From positions 32,001 through 96,000 of IMG/VR virus record IMGVR_UViG_3300042893_000684: a DNA stretch of 64,000 nucleotides; one strand, written 5' to 3'. The DNA comes from a virus. Under the pieces are notes generated by a model. That model was not told the DNA's origin. It saw only the letters and a list, made by a program, of their open reading frames with translations, and did not search any database. Of this stretch, positions 19,701 through 29,273 are shown in pieces; positions within the stretch are counted from its first letter, which is position 1, and each line of letters starts with the position of its first letter. The position numbers and the translations under genes are program-made.

Positions 19701-22700
19701 AACTGGTATGGGAAGACATCAAGGCGGAGGAGTTCACCCACACCCTCATGCAGGAAAGCCTATGACAGATGCTCAATACAGAAGAGCTCTTAAAATGTAT
19801 TATGAATTTATTAACGATCCAAACTATGAAGCCAATGTTCGTGCAAGATTTATTGCACTAGATGCTTCAGAGTATTTGGGAGTTGCCCCACAGATAGGAA
19901 CTAAAAAAGCTATTGAAATAGCTACTGCTAATTTTGATGCTGCTAAGGACCTTAATGGATCTCCCGAAGACTGGATTAAAACTAGAACAGCACAGCTTGC
20001 TGCTTTTGACGAAAAATATTCTATGGGAGACAAAAGATTAGTAAAAGAAGGAAGAAGCGCAACGGCTTCTGGTTTAACTAGCGATAACTTTTTAAATAGA
20101 AATATGAACAGGGTTTTAAGATCAATGAGCAGAAACCCATTATTTGCAGAAGCTCATGAAGATTTAAAGTCAATACCTAGAGCAACTGGTAAAATACAAG
20201 GCGGCGGAGGAAGATTAGTTGAAACTGCTAGAGGCCACGCATTTAGAAGATCTTTAATAGCACAACTAGGTGGAGTTGGCTCAAGAGGATTTGCAGGATT
20301 TGCTGCTATTATGCCTGCAGCATTTAATACAATTGCTGCACAACTTCAGGGCAAAAATTTTCAACCAGATGTAATTCATTTAAAGAGGGCAAGTGCAATT
20401 GCTGACTTTGAAGAAATGGTAAGAAAATCTGGAGTCCCTGGAAGCGTAGACGATGTAATACAAGCATTACAGTATGATACAAGATTTGTAGCTGCATCAG
20501 ACAAGAAACCACGAGTTGCTCCTCCATCACCAAAACAAAAAACTGCACTCAACATGTTTTTGCAAGCAATCTCTGCAGGAAAAGCTTGGATTCCAATTCG
20601 TGGAAAACTTGCTCTTGCAGGAGCGGTTAAATTAAATAAGGGTGGACAAGTACCAGGAAAGTTTGCACAAAGATTGTTTGGCGGCGGTAAAGCGTTGTTC
20701 TTAGGAATGCCAAGATCTATTAAGCAGGTTGAAGCCCAGAGAGCCGCAAAGGTTGCTATGGAAAAAGCAAGTCAAGCAGTTAAAGACTCTAGATTTAGCA
20801 AGACCCCAGTAACTGATTATGACGCTATGCTAGAGCCAACATCAGGAAGAAGTTTCCCAGTATCTGGAATTGGTGGAGTTTATAGCAAGAACGGGGAAAA
20901 GGTTTTTGTTAAGCCAGTACTAGATGAAAAAGCAGCGCTTGCTGAGATAAGAGCAACTGAAATTGCTCGTGATGTTCACGGACTACAAACACCTAATCAA
21001 AGAGTTGTTGTAATGAGAGACCCAACTGACAGAAGAGGATCTAGAACACTACTAGCTTTAGAGTCTAAGTACAATCCTGCTATAGCAAATCAAGATGGTA
21101 AATTTACAGAAGATCAATACTTTAGACAGTTAGTTGCATCATCATTACGTGGCGACAAAGATTTAGGCAGGGGTAACCTTTCTGGGAACATACTTGCCGA
21201 TGTAGGTCCAGCTGGGGTATTTTCAACAGCCTCTGGACCAAGAGATTATTCTGCAACAATGCCTTCATTTAAACAACAAGCAATGATCAACTTGCTTGGA
21301 GTAAAAGGAAGCAGTACAAAGAAATTCTTTGCTGAAGCAACTTCAGATATTCCAAGAGGTATGACACCTGATCAATACAATGATCGCATGCTGCAAGAAA
21401 TTGAATCTGCTCTCCCAAAGCTAAAACAAACAATAGGTAGATTTGATTTAAACACAGAAGAAAAAGTTATTTACAATGCAATGATCACAAGACTATCTGA
21501 TGCAAGAAGACAAACTTACAGAGATTTGCATGGAGTTCATTCATCAGTAACAATGTCTCCAGAAAAAACAATGACTCCAGCAGCAATTGCCAAAATGCTT
21601 GCAGCAGATGAATTGAAGCGCAGACAAAAGGGTCACTCTGTAAGCCTATCTGATAATGCATTTAAGACACCAGAAAATGGATTCAATATTGGCGGATTAA
21701 TTGGAAACGTTCTTAAGGGTAAAGCAATGCATAGAATTGGTGCAGGATTTGGCCCAACTGGAGCACCTAAGCCAAGTATGTATGAGTCAGCTCCATGGGG
21801 CGTGAACTCTCTATCTATTGAAATGGCCGACAAGCTATTTGCAAACACAGGTTTAAGAAAGCATACTCAAAAATTATTCTATGACAAGTTTGCGGCAGCA
21901 CTAGCAAAAGAAAAACCTTACGGATATGTAAAGATGCCAGATGGTAAATTAAAGAACGGACTCGAGCCAGACGTGCTAGACTCTGTAATAAGATCAGCCG
22001 CTTCAGATCTTGTTGGAGACAGAAACATAATTAAACAACTTTCTCCAATTGATAAAGATATTTTGCGAAACAAATATTTAAATTGGGATTCTAAAAAAGA
22101 TACTCCGCTTACAGAATCTTTAAAGAAAATTATATTTGGTTTAGAAAAAAGAGAAATGGGCGGACCAGTTAACGCAGGTCAACCATACGTTGTGGGAGAA
22201 AAAGGACCAGAGCTATTTGTACCTAGAAATTCAGGAGGCATTGTTCCAAACGGATACATGAAGGGCGGAAACATTGCAATGCTTGGAGCCTCACTAGCAC
22301 CAATGCTAATTGCGAGCAAGATTACTAATCCTTTACTTCAAACAATAATGCAGACGCTTTCATTTATCATACCTCAAATGATGATGACGGCAATGATGCA
22401 GACAAAAGCTGAAGGCGCACAAGGAAGAGTCGGTGGACTTATGTCTAAGATTCCAGCTTCTGCAAAAACTCCTATATTCTCTACAGCAAGAGGGACAAAA
22501 GTTGCTGGTGAAATGTTGGAAGATGGAACATACGCCAAGGGCGGAAGAATGCTCAATAGATACGGCGCAGCTCTTCAGAATTCTGCCAAGAGCGGGAGCG
22601 CAGTAACAAGAACCCTGGGAAGAATTGGAATGGGTCTTACAAGATTAAATGTAGGACTTGCTGTAGCAACAGGAGCTTTTATTCTTATCAATAAAAGAAT

Positions 22701-25032
22701 AAGGGATCACAACGAACATTTAAGAGTTGGGGTAACACAATACGGACTAACAGAAGAAGCTGCCAAAAAGGCGGGACTTAAGTTTACTGATTACAACTCA
22801 AAGCTTGCAGATACTGTTAAAAACATAGAAGCAATACGAGAAAGAAATCAGTTCCTTTATGAAAGCATGCAAGATGCTGGACTTCCTATATCCATGACAA
22901 TTGAAGAGTATAAGAAGCTTAAGAAGGAAGTTAAGGAAGTATATACTGATCAAATTAAATTAATTAATCAGTCTAAAGAAAGTGAACTTCCACAAGTAGC
23001 AATAGACATTAAGACTGCTCTAATGGCTGCTGGGTTATCAGCAGATGAAGCAAGCAAGAAGATATTTACAATGTTTAAGCTTTCTGAAAAGGGAGAAAAG
23101 GCTGGTGCATTTACTGTAGGTAATCGTGCATTTAGAAATATTAAAACAGGACAAGATGCAGCCGAGGCTGCAATAAACACTTATACTACTGCCTCAGATG
23201 GTAAAGAGAAAGCACAGGCAGTAAATACAGGTCTAACTGCTATCGATGCAGGAATCATTGATATGATTGAGCAAAGTAAAAAAGCTGCTAGAGAAGACAA
23301 GAGTGGAAATACAAAAGTATTAACTCAGTATCAAGCCCAAGAAGCAATGCTTCAAAAACTAAATAAGCTAGAATCTTCTAAAGCTGTTCTTACTGCAAAA
23401 ACTAGAGCGGAAATGATTAAGCAGAATCCAGAACTTAAAAAGATTATTAATCCTATGGATACAATAGTTAGCTTATTTGAAAAGATGAATCTTGCAGCAA
23501 AGGGATTTACTGGAGATCTTTCAAAGTTAGGCGCTGAGGCTGTATCTACACTATCAAAAGTTGCAGATTCCATATCAGAAGCAACCGTTGCTGCGAACAA
23601 AGAGGGTCTATTAAAACAACAGTACATAGATTTAAAGAAGCTAACAGATCAACAAAAGGCATTAATGCAAGCGGCCAAAGGACAAACTGCTCAGCAACAA
23701 ATAAACACTAGAGAGCAGCTAAAGGGTTTGCAAAAGCAAATAGATGCTAATAATAAACTTGCAGAGTCAAGACTAAAAGCATTAGATGCAGCAAAGCAAG
23801 AGGGCGATATTGCAAGACAAATTGCAAAAGCACAAGCAGCATACGAAGCAGCTTTAGCAACAGGCAATACTGCTGCAGCACAACAAGCAAGCTTAGATAT
23901 TCAAGGTCTGCAATCAGATCAGCAATACAACTCTCAAAAGAAAGCAATTGAAGATGCTCTTAAGCTAGCCAATGCTCCTCTTGAGGCTAAGATAAAATTA
24001 ATTAATGACGGACAACAAAAGATGTCAGACAATGCATCAATTGCTGCAGAAAAATTGGGCTCATTAAATGCAAGGATTGATAAGCAAAAACAAAAGATTG
24101 ATGATGTTAATCAAGCAATGGTCACCTTAGCACTAAATGCAGCTGCTGCAGGAAAAAGTATAGAGGATTATATTAAGTTTGGAACTGATGAAGACCCAAA
24201 TGCTGGTAGAGAGGCTGCTGCAGGCCTTGTTGGAGCAGTAAGAACAGCAAAGCCTGGAACAGTTCCTGAATTTAAACAACCAACTCATCCAAAGGGTGTT
24301 AAAACTCCAATTGATGTAGGTACCCAAGCCCTGGGAATAATGGGCGGGGTAGAAGGAGCTATTACAAAAGGATTAGCCTCAAAGGGTATTCAAATGGGCA
24401 GCGGAGATATTATTATTAATGGAAAGAAGATGGATGTTGGCCAATCAAATGCTACTGCTAAGATTAGTTCTGTTCCTACAACTTTAGGCGTAACCGCTGG
24501 AGCCTATGCAGGATCTACAATTATTCATCCATCTACACTTATGGCAGCAGGAGCATCTCAAATATCTGATGGCAAACGAGGCTCTACTTGGGTTGGTGTT
24601 GAGTTTGTAGATAAAAATGGTAAAAAGTGGAAGGTAACTTCTGATGCAGGGAGAGCTGGTCTTAACGTTCAAGCAGTAAAAGCTGGTTACGGAACAATGA
24701 AGCTTAATCCAAATGTTCCTACTATTGTCGGAGACCGTGGACCAGAAATGGCATTTGGCGGAATGGTTATTCCTAATATGGCTAAGGTACCATATGCTTC
24801 ACCTAGATACGATATTAAGCAAGCAGCAAAAATGTTTGAACCAATGCGTGATTCAGGGGTAGGACAAGGTGTAATTAATTATACACAACATATTCATGCC
24901 TCTCCAGGAATGAATGAGGATCAATTAATAAGTAAAGCAAAGGTTGCAGCATATGAATTCTTGCAGGCCAATATAAAAACTAATGCTAAAATGAAGGGCA
25001 ACCCAATGAATGTAGGTATTAAAAACACATGA
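16726..25032 (+). CDS. Tape measure protein (2768 aa) with internal cargo domains including a kinase-like domain
   Basis: Follows the tail chaperone; TP901-type helical core (LALYLTAMKEGGVNASEGANAIKS); hydrophobic segments; GGPV...YVVGEKGPELFVP TMP motif; kinase motifs at about 20860-21210. Confidence 0.9.
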   Translation: MADNLITTNITANADFTSLRTQLAAVTAQLVKLQETTAGTNAKLANQIAVMNKSFAETMRSTGQFSSHFVSLTSDVEKFGRNLDRGRLKLGEYYNAWSGHTKKTSSLIRDLAKQQVMLENAIIQPIGKNAQGLMQYNVMVAKGLDEIKNKTAIARQELSIMNKVMLDGSNQLINWGKNTQWAGRQLTVGLTVPLAAFGMAAQKAFREADQELVRLTKVYGGLSATSSSELAKVRKDVSETAREIAGAYGIAYKETIALAADLAATGQEGGNLLEATRQTSRLSILGEVDRQEAMKATLAIQNAFKSSTDELTQSIDFLNAVENQTSTSLQDLVEAIPKAGPVVKSLGGDVKDLALYLTAMKEGGVNASEGANAIKSAMASLINPTKVAKEMFFGFGIDIDKIVTSNAGNLTETITDLQAALDRLDPLSKSRAIEQLFGKFQYARMSALFENLGKEGSQTLQVMDLMKASATDLANISARELTMMTESASGQFKRAWASVQADLASVGEQFLRISTKVLNVVDGIIKFFQGLPGPVKTFLNALGGLTAFAGPLIMLTGVMANFIGYVTKGIFSLRQMATGGHGFKLLTPEILAADAAAKGLATSFYSDTEATVVLTNAVNTLAASFDNLQVAASTAQVAVQPSISTVAGGVIAAGTPGGTPRYVDKNNPLIGDSYSRDMSHMIPAQTQQAGTIFGTVPGAGPVNVRIGKNPQAYMNADLPKIPGVTSVNGTSTGIVAQEAAKWHAMTAAIAMQSEAELKVLKAEVNATGTITSSLSNSYQALLPEFSEITSMAAQETALIVKQLQQSKITADEARIKVIQLNATVEAMLAETAQKIAAGQGRSVNLTTVPLTSQPVVDPVTGKSNMKEMFHKGSTKTLVDKIARALGGVRTSGAGYNIETTKPKFNKGGIVPGTGNTDTYHTMAEPESFVINKAATQRNMPTISKLIGGTPTFRNTGGMVPVVLTPGEAVIPAKIAKRNPELMLQLNGGPGNTTGMGRHQGGGVHPHPHAGKPMTDAQYRRALKMYYEFINDPNYEANVRARFIALDASEYLGVAPQIGTKKAIEIATANFDAAKDLNGSPEDWIKTRTAQLAAFDEKYSMGDKRLVKEGRSATASGLTSDNFLNRNMNRVLRSMSRNPLFAEAHEDLKSIPRATGKIQGGGGRLVETARGHAFRRSLIAQLGGVGSRGFAGFAAIMPAAFNTIAAQLQGKNFQPDVIHLKRASAIADFEEMVRKSGVPGSVDDVIQALQYDTRFVAASDKKPRVAPPSPKQKTALNMFLQAISAGKAWIPIRGKLALAGAVKLNKGGQVPGKFAQRLFGGGKALFLGMPRSIKQVEAQRAAKVAMEKASQAVKDSRFSKTPVTDYDAMLEPTSGRSFPVSGIGGVYSKNGEKVFVKPVLDEKAALAEIRATEIARDVHGLQTPNQRVVVMRDPTDRRGSRTLLALESKYNPAIANQDGKFTEDQYFRQLVASSLRGDKDLGRGNLSGNILADVGPAGVFSTASGPRDYSATMPSFKQQAMINLLGVKGSSTKKFFAEATSDIPRGMTPDQYNDRMLQEIESALPKLKQTIGRFDLNTEEKVIYNAMITRLSDARRQTYRDLHGVHSSVTMSPEKTMTPAAIAKMLAADELKRRQKGHSVSLSDNAFKTPENGFNIGGLIGNVLKGKAMHRIGAGFGPTGAPKPSMYESAPWGVNSLSIEMADKLFANTGLRKHTQKLFYDKFAAALAKEKPYGYVKMPDGKLKNGLEPDVLDSVIRSAASDLVGDRNIIKQLSPIDKDILRNKYLNWDSKKDTPLTESLKKIIFGLEKREMGGPVNAGQPYVVGEKGPELFVPRNSGGIVPNGYMKGGNIAMLGASLAPMLIASKITNPLLQTIMQTLSFIIPQMMMTAMMQTKAEGAQGRVGGLMSKIPASAKTPIFSTARGTKVAGEMLEDGTYAKGGRMLNRYGAALQNSAKSGSAVTRTLGRIGMGLTRLNVGLAVATGAFILINKRIRDHNEHLRVGVTQYGLTEEAAKKAGLKFTDYNSKLADTVKNIEAIRERNQFLYESMQDAGLPISMTIEEYKKLKKEVKEVYTDQIKLINQSKESELPQVAIDIKTALMAAGLSADEASKKIFTMFKLSEKGEKAGAFTVGNRAFRNIKTGQDAAEAAINTYTTASDGKEKAQAVNTGLTAIDAGIIDMIEQSKKAAREDKSGNTKVLTQYQAQEAMLQKLNKLESSKAVLTAKTRAEMIKQNPELKKIINPMDTIVSLFEKMNLAAKGFTGDLSKLGAEAVSTLSKVADSISEATVAANKEGLLKQQYIDLKKLTDQQKALMQAAKGQTAQQQINTREQLKGLQKQIDANNKLAESRLKALDAAKQEGDIARQIAKAQAAYEAALATGNTAAAQQASLDIQGLQSDQQYNSQKKAIEDALKLANAPLEAKIKLINDGQQKMSDNASIAAEKLGSLNARIDKQKQKIDDVNQAMVTLALNAAAAGKSIEDYIKFGTDEDPNAGREAAAGLVGAVRTAKPGTVPEFKQPTHPKGVKTPIDVGTQALGIMGGVEGAITKGLASKGIQMGSGDIIINGKKMDVGQSNATAKISSVPTTLGVTAGAYAGSTIIHPSTLMAAGASQISDGKRGSTWVGVEFVDKNGKKWKVTSDAGRAGLNVQAVKAGYGTMKLNPNVPTIVGDRGPEMAFGGMVIPNMAKVPYASPRYDIKQAAKMFEPMRDSGVGQGVINYTQHIHASPGMNEDQLISKAKVAAYEFLQANIKTNAKMKGNPMNVGIKNT

Positions 25033-25496
25033 GCTATCCAATGACACTCCCAGTAGGTTCCCTATTATATTTTGATACAGGAACTGACCTTGTAAACCCA
25101 ACATGGACAAAGGTCTCTGAGCACAACAGATCTAGCGCCTCTCTAGAAATAGATAGAATAGAAAAGACTCAAAGAATGTCTAACGGATCCCTTAGAAAAA
25201 TTTGGATTGCAGATAAGAAACAATTTAGCGCAAGCTGGGGAATGCTGCCAACTGATAATACAATGACAGTAGACGGAGGCATGGGCGCCTCAGAAATTAA
25301 ATCTTTTTATTTAAATAAAGGCAAGGGTGCCTTCAAGGTAAAGATATCATACAACGGAGTAGCGGCTAGAGATGAAATTATTTTAATGTCATTTACCTCA
25401 TGTAATTTTACAGTTATGAAAAGAAACGTTAAGTCTTCTTCAGCTTCCGTCCCACAAGAATTTTGGGACGTCTCTCTCTCCTTAGAAGAGGTATAA
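25029..25496 (+). CDS. Distal tail (Dit-like) minor tail protein
   Basis: Immediately after the TMP; RMSNGSLR and WDVSLSLEEV patterns. Confidence 0.65.
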   Translation: MSYPMTLPVGSLLYFDTGTDLVNPTWTKVSEHNRSSASLEIDRIEKTQRMSNGSLRKIWIADKKQFSASWGMLPTDNTMTVDGGMGASEIKSFYLNKGKGAFKVKISYNGVAARDEIILMSFTSCNFTVMKRNVKSSSASVPQEFWDVSLSLEEV

Positions 25497-28400
25497 TGAT
25501 ACAGGTATCAGCAAATACAACGAATGCCTTAAGCAAGGCCGTAAACGTATCTGTAACTAACGGATGTCGTGTTGAGTATAATATGAACGACCTAATATCA
25601 GGAGTGGCTGTAACAGCCCCTGAAGGCGTTATAACAGCAACCCTGACTGCTCCACAGAATCAAGGCGGATATCAATATAAGCCTTTTGAAAAGCTATTTC
25701 CAATAAAAAGCATTATTGATCCAAGACGCCCAAAGGTAGCTGGGATTCAATATATGATTGCAGCAGACCCAAGCCTTAGCACAACACTTGCTGCTAGTGG
25801 GTCAGCAGATGGTAAAACATATGCGGCGGCAAAGGAATTAAATAAAAGACTATATTTTTCTGGAATAAAAACTGCTTATAAATATTGGGTAACCCCAAAG
25901 GCAGCAAGCGGAAGTACCTCTTTAACAAATTGTATATTAACTGTTTCATACCCAGCAGTAAAAACTGCTGCAGCAAATAAAATTGTTCTTAAGTTTGAAA
26001 CATCTCACTCCAAACCTACATCCTGGAACGTAAAACTTTTAAGTCTATCTGGAGTAGAGTCTACAATATATACAGGAACAACTTGCCCAGATAACGGAAT
26101 AGTAAACTTATACTACAACGGATCGGCTTGGGTAGACGTAGAACCTGCAACCGTTTCTACAGGGGTAGACCTAAGCGGGTTGAAGTTACAAGTTAATAGT
26201 ATAAGTACTGCAGGCGGGTACCTAGGAATAATTGAAATATCAGCAAGACTAGTAAAGGATGTAACAGACATTCTTCAATCATTTGATATATCTCAGAACT
26301 CATCAGACTCAATCAATGGCTTAGTCCCAGTTGGAGATGTAACAGCAAACTATTTAAGACTTAGTTTAAATGCATACGATAAGTCCTATGACAATTATGA
26401 TAAGACTAAAGCTTTTAATAAAAACAAATTAAGCCTTTATGAAAACATTACAATTAGACCACACGTTATAGTTGAATCAGAAAAAATTAATCTAGGTGTT
26501 TTTTACCTTGACTCATATGAGGTAGATGAATTTGGAGAAGTTTCTATTAATGCATTAGATGGGGCAAGAGAACTTCAGTATATTAAGCCACCAGATATTG
26601 TAACAAAGGACATGTCCACAGTTGCTATAATCAGAAGACTGTTAGATTCAGTTGGATTTTCCAATTATAAATTTAATCTAGTAGATACCGATACCTCTAT
26701 TGTTGCTCCCTACTACTGGTACACCGATCCTCAAAAGACAGTTTGGCAGCACATACAAGATTTATGTAAGGACACTCAGATGATTGCTGTTTTTGACAAC
26801 AACGATGTTCTGCAATTTTATCCAAGAGGATATATATTTAATACAGCAAAAAACCCAGACGCTTCTTTTAGATATAGCAATACAGCAGATGGAAAGCTAG
26901 CAAACATATCAGGAATATCAATTGAAAATGTTCCATCAGTAAAAGCTATTAAAGTTATGTATAGCCCACAGCTTACATCTAATTATGATGGAGATGCCGA
27001 CAACCTTTATACTTCCCCAGTAGTCACACTTGGATCAGCAGCACTAATGGCTGATTTGCCAAAGGTTGCTACAGCAGAAACAGATGCACCAAAGGGAGTA
27101 ATTAAATTAAGGCCAGTAGAAATTTCAGGAGCCGCACAGCAATTTTATTCCTACACAGGGTATTTAGTTTTAGGAAAAGAAATTATTGAGTATGACGCTA
27201 TTAAGTTTGTTTATGAGCCAGTTTCAGGAAGCCCAGCCGTTGCGTATAAGTGGATAAAGAATGAATCAGACATACAGTCTAACTTAGGTCTTGCTAAGCC
27301 TAACACCTTTAGGCCAACAGGCGAGTATAGAATTAAAGAAAGAAATGTTTTTAATGCAGTAACTGCCGATGCTGATTTAACACATAGCGCAGATATTGAT
27401 TCCCTAAGAATGGAATGGACGGGACAAAAATGGAACTCAGAGACTGGAAACTTTACTCCTGACAATACTGAATCAGCATTTACTTTAAAAGAAGTTGCTA
27501 TTAAAGATGAGAACGGTAAAGACTTAGCAAATCCAAATAATTTATTTAGTGCCATACCTAGGTCAATGATGACAATTTTTGCCCCGCTGGGAACATTAAA
27601 AGATAGTACACAAGATCCAACCATAAAAGAGCCTGTTCCAAACAAGATATATACTCTTGTAACAACAGATACGGCTAAATATCTTAAGGGGGAAAACTTT
27701 TCGATTGGAACAAATATGTATTTCCCATTGTTAAAGAATTCAAAAGGCGAAGCCACGGGAGAGCAAAGAACAATTTCGGGTATAGCATTTTCATTAAACT
27801 CAACTAACAAAAGTGGTTATTTTTTATCAGTAGCAACAACCCAAAACACAAGTGCAGATAAAGGATTTAGAGAACTTTCATTTTACAAAATTGTAGACGG
27901 AAAACTTATTAAGATGACTGACTCACAAAAAGAAGAAGACGGTAGTATCTTGACAGGAATAAGTGGAGGAAGACTATATAGAATAGATATCCGTGCAAAT
28001 TATTCTGTACCTACAGGAGGATCCGCTAAAGTTTTAACTTTAAGAATATCTATTAATAACAAAGAGTTTATTGTGGTAGACCAGTCTCCAATAACAATTA
28101 CAGAAAAAATTGGAATTGCTTCCCTTCAAGGGGTATCAGCATTTGACTATGTTTATGCTTCTGCTATAGATGAATCAGACTTTACTGCTGATAAAAAATA
28201 TAATCCTTACAAAGGATTTATGGGCGGAGAGTCTACAATTATTAAAACATTCGGAGAGTTTATTTTTAATCAAAAGGGACAAACCGAAAGCACCTCGTGG
28301 GTCAGAGAGTTTGGTCCAGTTGCAAGAGAACTTAAAAAGATTACAGCTAGGTATACTACTCCAGGCTTTCCGCTTTACCCAAGCCTAGTAAATAATCCAG

Positions 28401-28894
28401 ATGTAACAATTGCTGGAACCTCAATAGATTCTTTTGGAATGGACATCTATGTAATAAACAACACTGGAACATTTACGGATCTTGCTAATAGCGAAGAGAA
28501 ACAGTTTGTCGTGGTTGGCAACTATATCGTGCCTTCAGATCCATTTGAATATATTGACCCAGCACTTACAGATGAAGAAAAAAAGGAAATTGTAGGCTTT
28601 GACTCCACATGGATTCAGAGGGAGTCAGAAGCAATTGAGCTATCTAAGTTTATGACAAAGCAGTGGTCTAAGCAGCAAAAGGTTGTCACACTAGAAACAT
28701 TTTTTAATCCCCTAATACAAATAGGAGATATTGTGGAAATTTCTTACCCAGATAATGGACTATATTCTTCTGAAAACTCAACAATACCCGCTGGGTTTCA
28801 GGCTAATAAATTTGTTGTTCTGTCTATTGATAGTACCTACGATAAAGATTCTCCGCCTACAACAAACATAGCTTGTAGGTCAATTTATACATGA
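25496..28894 (+). CDS. Large minor tail / baseplate hub protein
   Basis: TAATG-coupled start; hub-like C-terminus (NPLIQIGDIVEI...FVVLSI). Confidence 0.7.
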   Translation: MIQVSANTTNALSKAVNVSVTNGCRVEYNMNDLISGVAVTAPEGVITATLTAPQNQGGYQYKPFEKLFPIKSIIDPRRPKVAGIQYMIAADPSLSTTLAASGSADGKTYAAAKELNKRLYFSGIKTAYKYWVTPKAASGSTSLTNCILTVSYPAVKTAAANKIVLKFETSHSKPTSWNVKLLSLSGVESTIYTGTTCPDNGIVNLYYNGSAWVDVEPATVSTGVDLSGLKLQVNSISTAGGYLGIIEISARLVKDVTDILQSFDISQNSSDSINGLVPVGDVTANYLRLSLNAYDKSYDNYDKTKAFNKNKLSLYENITIRPHVIVESEKINLGVFYLDSYEVDEFGEVSINALDGARELQYIKPPDIVTKDMSTVAIIRRLLDSVGFSNYKFNLVDTDTSIVAPYYWYTDPQKTVWQHIQDLCKDTQMIAVFDNNDVLQFYPRGYIFNTAKNPDASFRYSNTADGKLANISGISIENVPSVKAIKVMYSPQLTSNYDGDADNLYTSPVVTLGSAALMADLPKVATAETDAPKGVIKLRPVEISGAAQQFYSYTGYLVLGKEIIEYDAIKFVYEPVSGSPAVAYKWIKNESDIQSNLGLAKPNTFRPTGEYRIKERNVFNAVTADADLTHSADIDSLRMEWTGQKWNSETGNFTPDNTESAFTLKEVAIKDENGKDLANPNNLFSAIPRSMMTIFAPLGTLKDSTQDPTIKEPVPNKIYTLVTTDTAKYLKGENFSIGTNMYFPLLKNSKGEATGEQRTISGIAFSLNSTNKSGYFLSVATTQNTSADKGFRELSFYKIVDGKLIKMTDSQKEEDGSILTGISGGRLYRIDIRANYSVPTGGSAKVLTLRISINNKEFIVVDQSPITITEKIGIASLQGVSAFDYVYASAIDESDFTADKKYNPYKGFMGGESTIIKTFGEFIFNQKGQTESTSWVREFGPVARELKKITARYTTPGFPLYPSLVNNPDVTIAGTSIDSFGMDIYVINNTGTFTDLANSEEKQFVVVGNYIVPSDPFEYIDPALTDEEKKEIVGFDSTWIQRESEAIELSKFMTKQWSKQQKVVTLETFFNPLIQIGDIVEISYPDNGLYSSENSTIPAGFQANKFVVLSIDSTYDKDSPPTTNIACRSIYT

Positions 28895-28913
28895 GAAATG
28901 GTAGAATGTAAAT

Positions 28914-29273
28914 ATGAGTAATATTAAAAACCCAGCGTCCTCAACGGCAAAAGTAAAAAAGCTTTTGCTTTTTGAAGGAGACCCTTTAATTAAAACTCTT
29001 AAGCCAGACTATTATGCTATTGTTGGTAAAGACACGCTGACTGGTATTGCAGACCCTACTGGAGAAGACCCAGGAACAGACCCAGAAGATCCTGGCGAAG
29101 AGGATCCAGGTGAACCAGGTGATGGACTAAAGGCACCATCTTTGTCTGATATAACTCTTATAAGCAAGACTATGGTTACAGACAAAAACAAAAATCAATA
29201 TGTTGAGTTTGTATTTAATGTTAAAAATAGCGGCGGAGAAACAGTAGTGGGGGCAGAGGTTTATGGACAATAG
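28914..29273 (+). CDS. Minor tail hypothetical protein
   Basis: Leaderless start 6 nt after TGGTAGAAT; acidic DPGE linker. Confidence 0.6.
   Translation: MSNIKNPASSTAKVKKLLLFEGDPLIKTLKPDYYAIVGKDTLTGIADPTGEDPGTDPEDPGEEDPGEPGDGLKAPSLSDITLISKTMVTDKNKNQYVEFVFNVKNSGGETVVGAEVYGQ

Noticed and set aside
27211-27810. 199-aa minus-strand ORF inside the hub gene
   Set aside because: Fully antisense to a long structural gene, with no recognisable motifs; the whole window is otherwise + strand.
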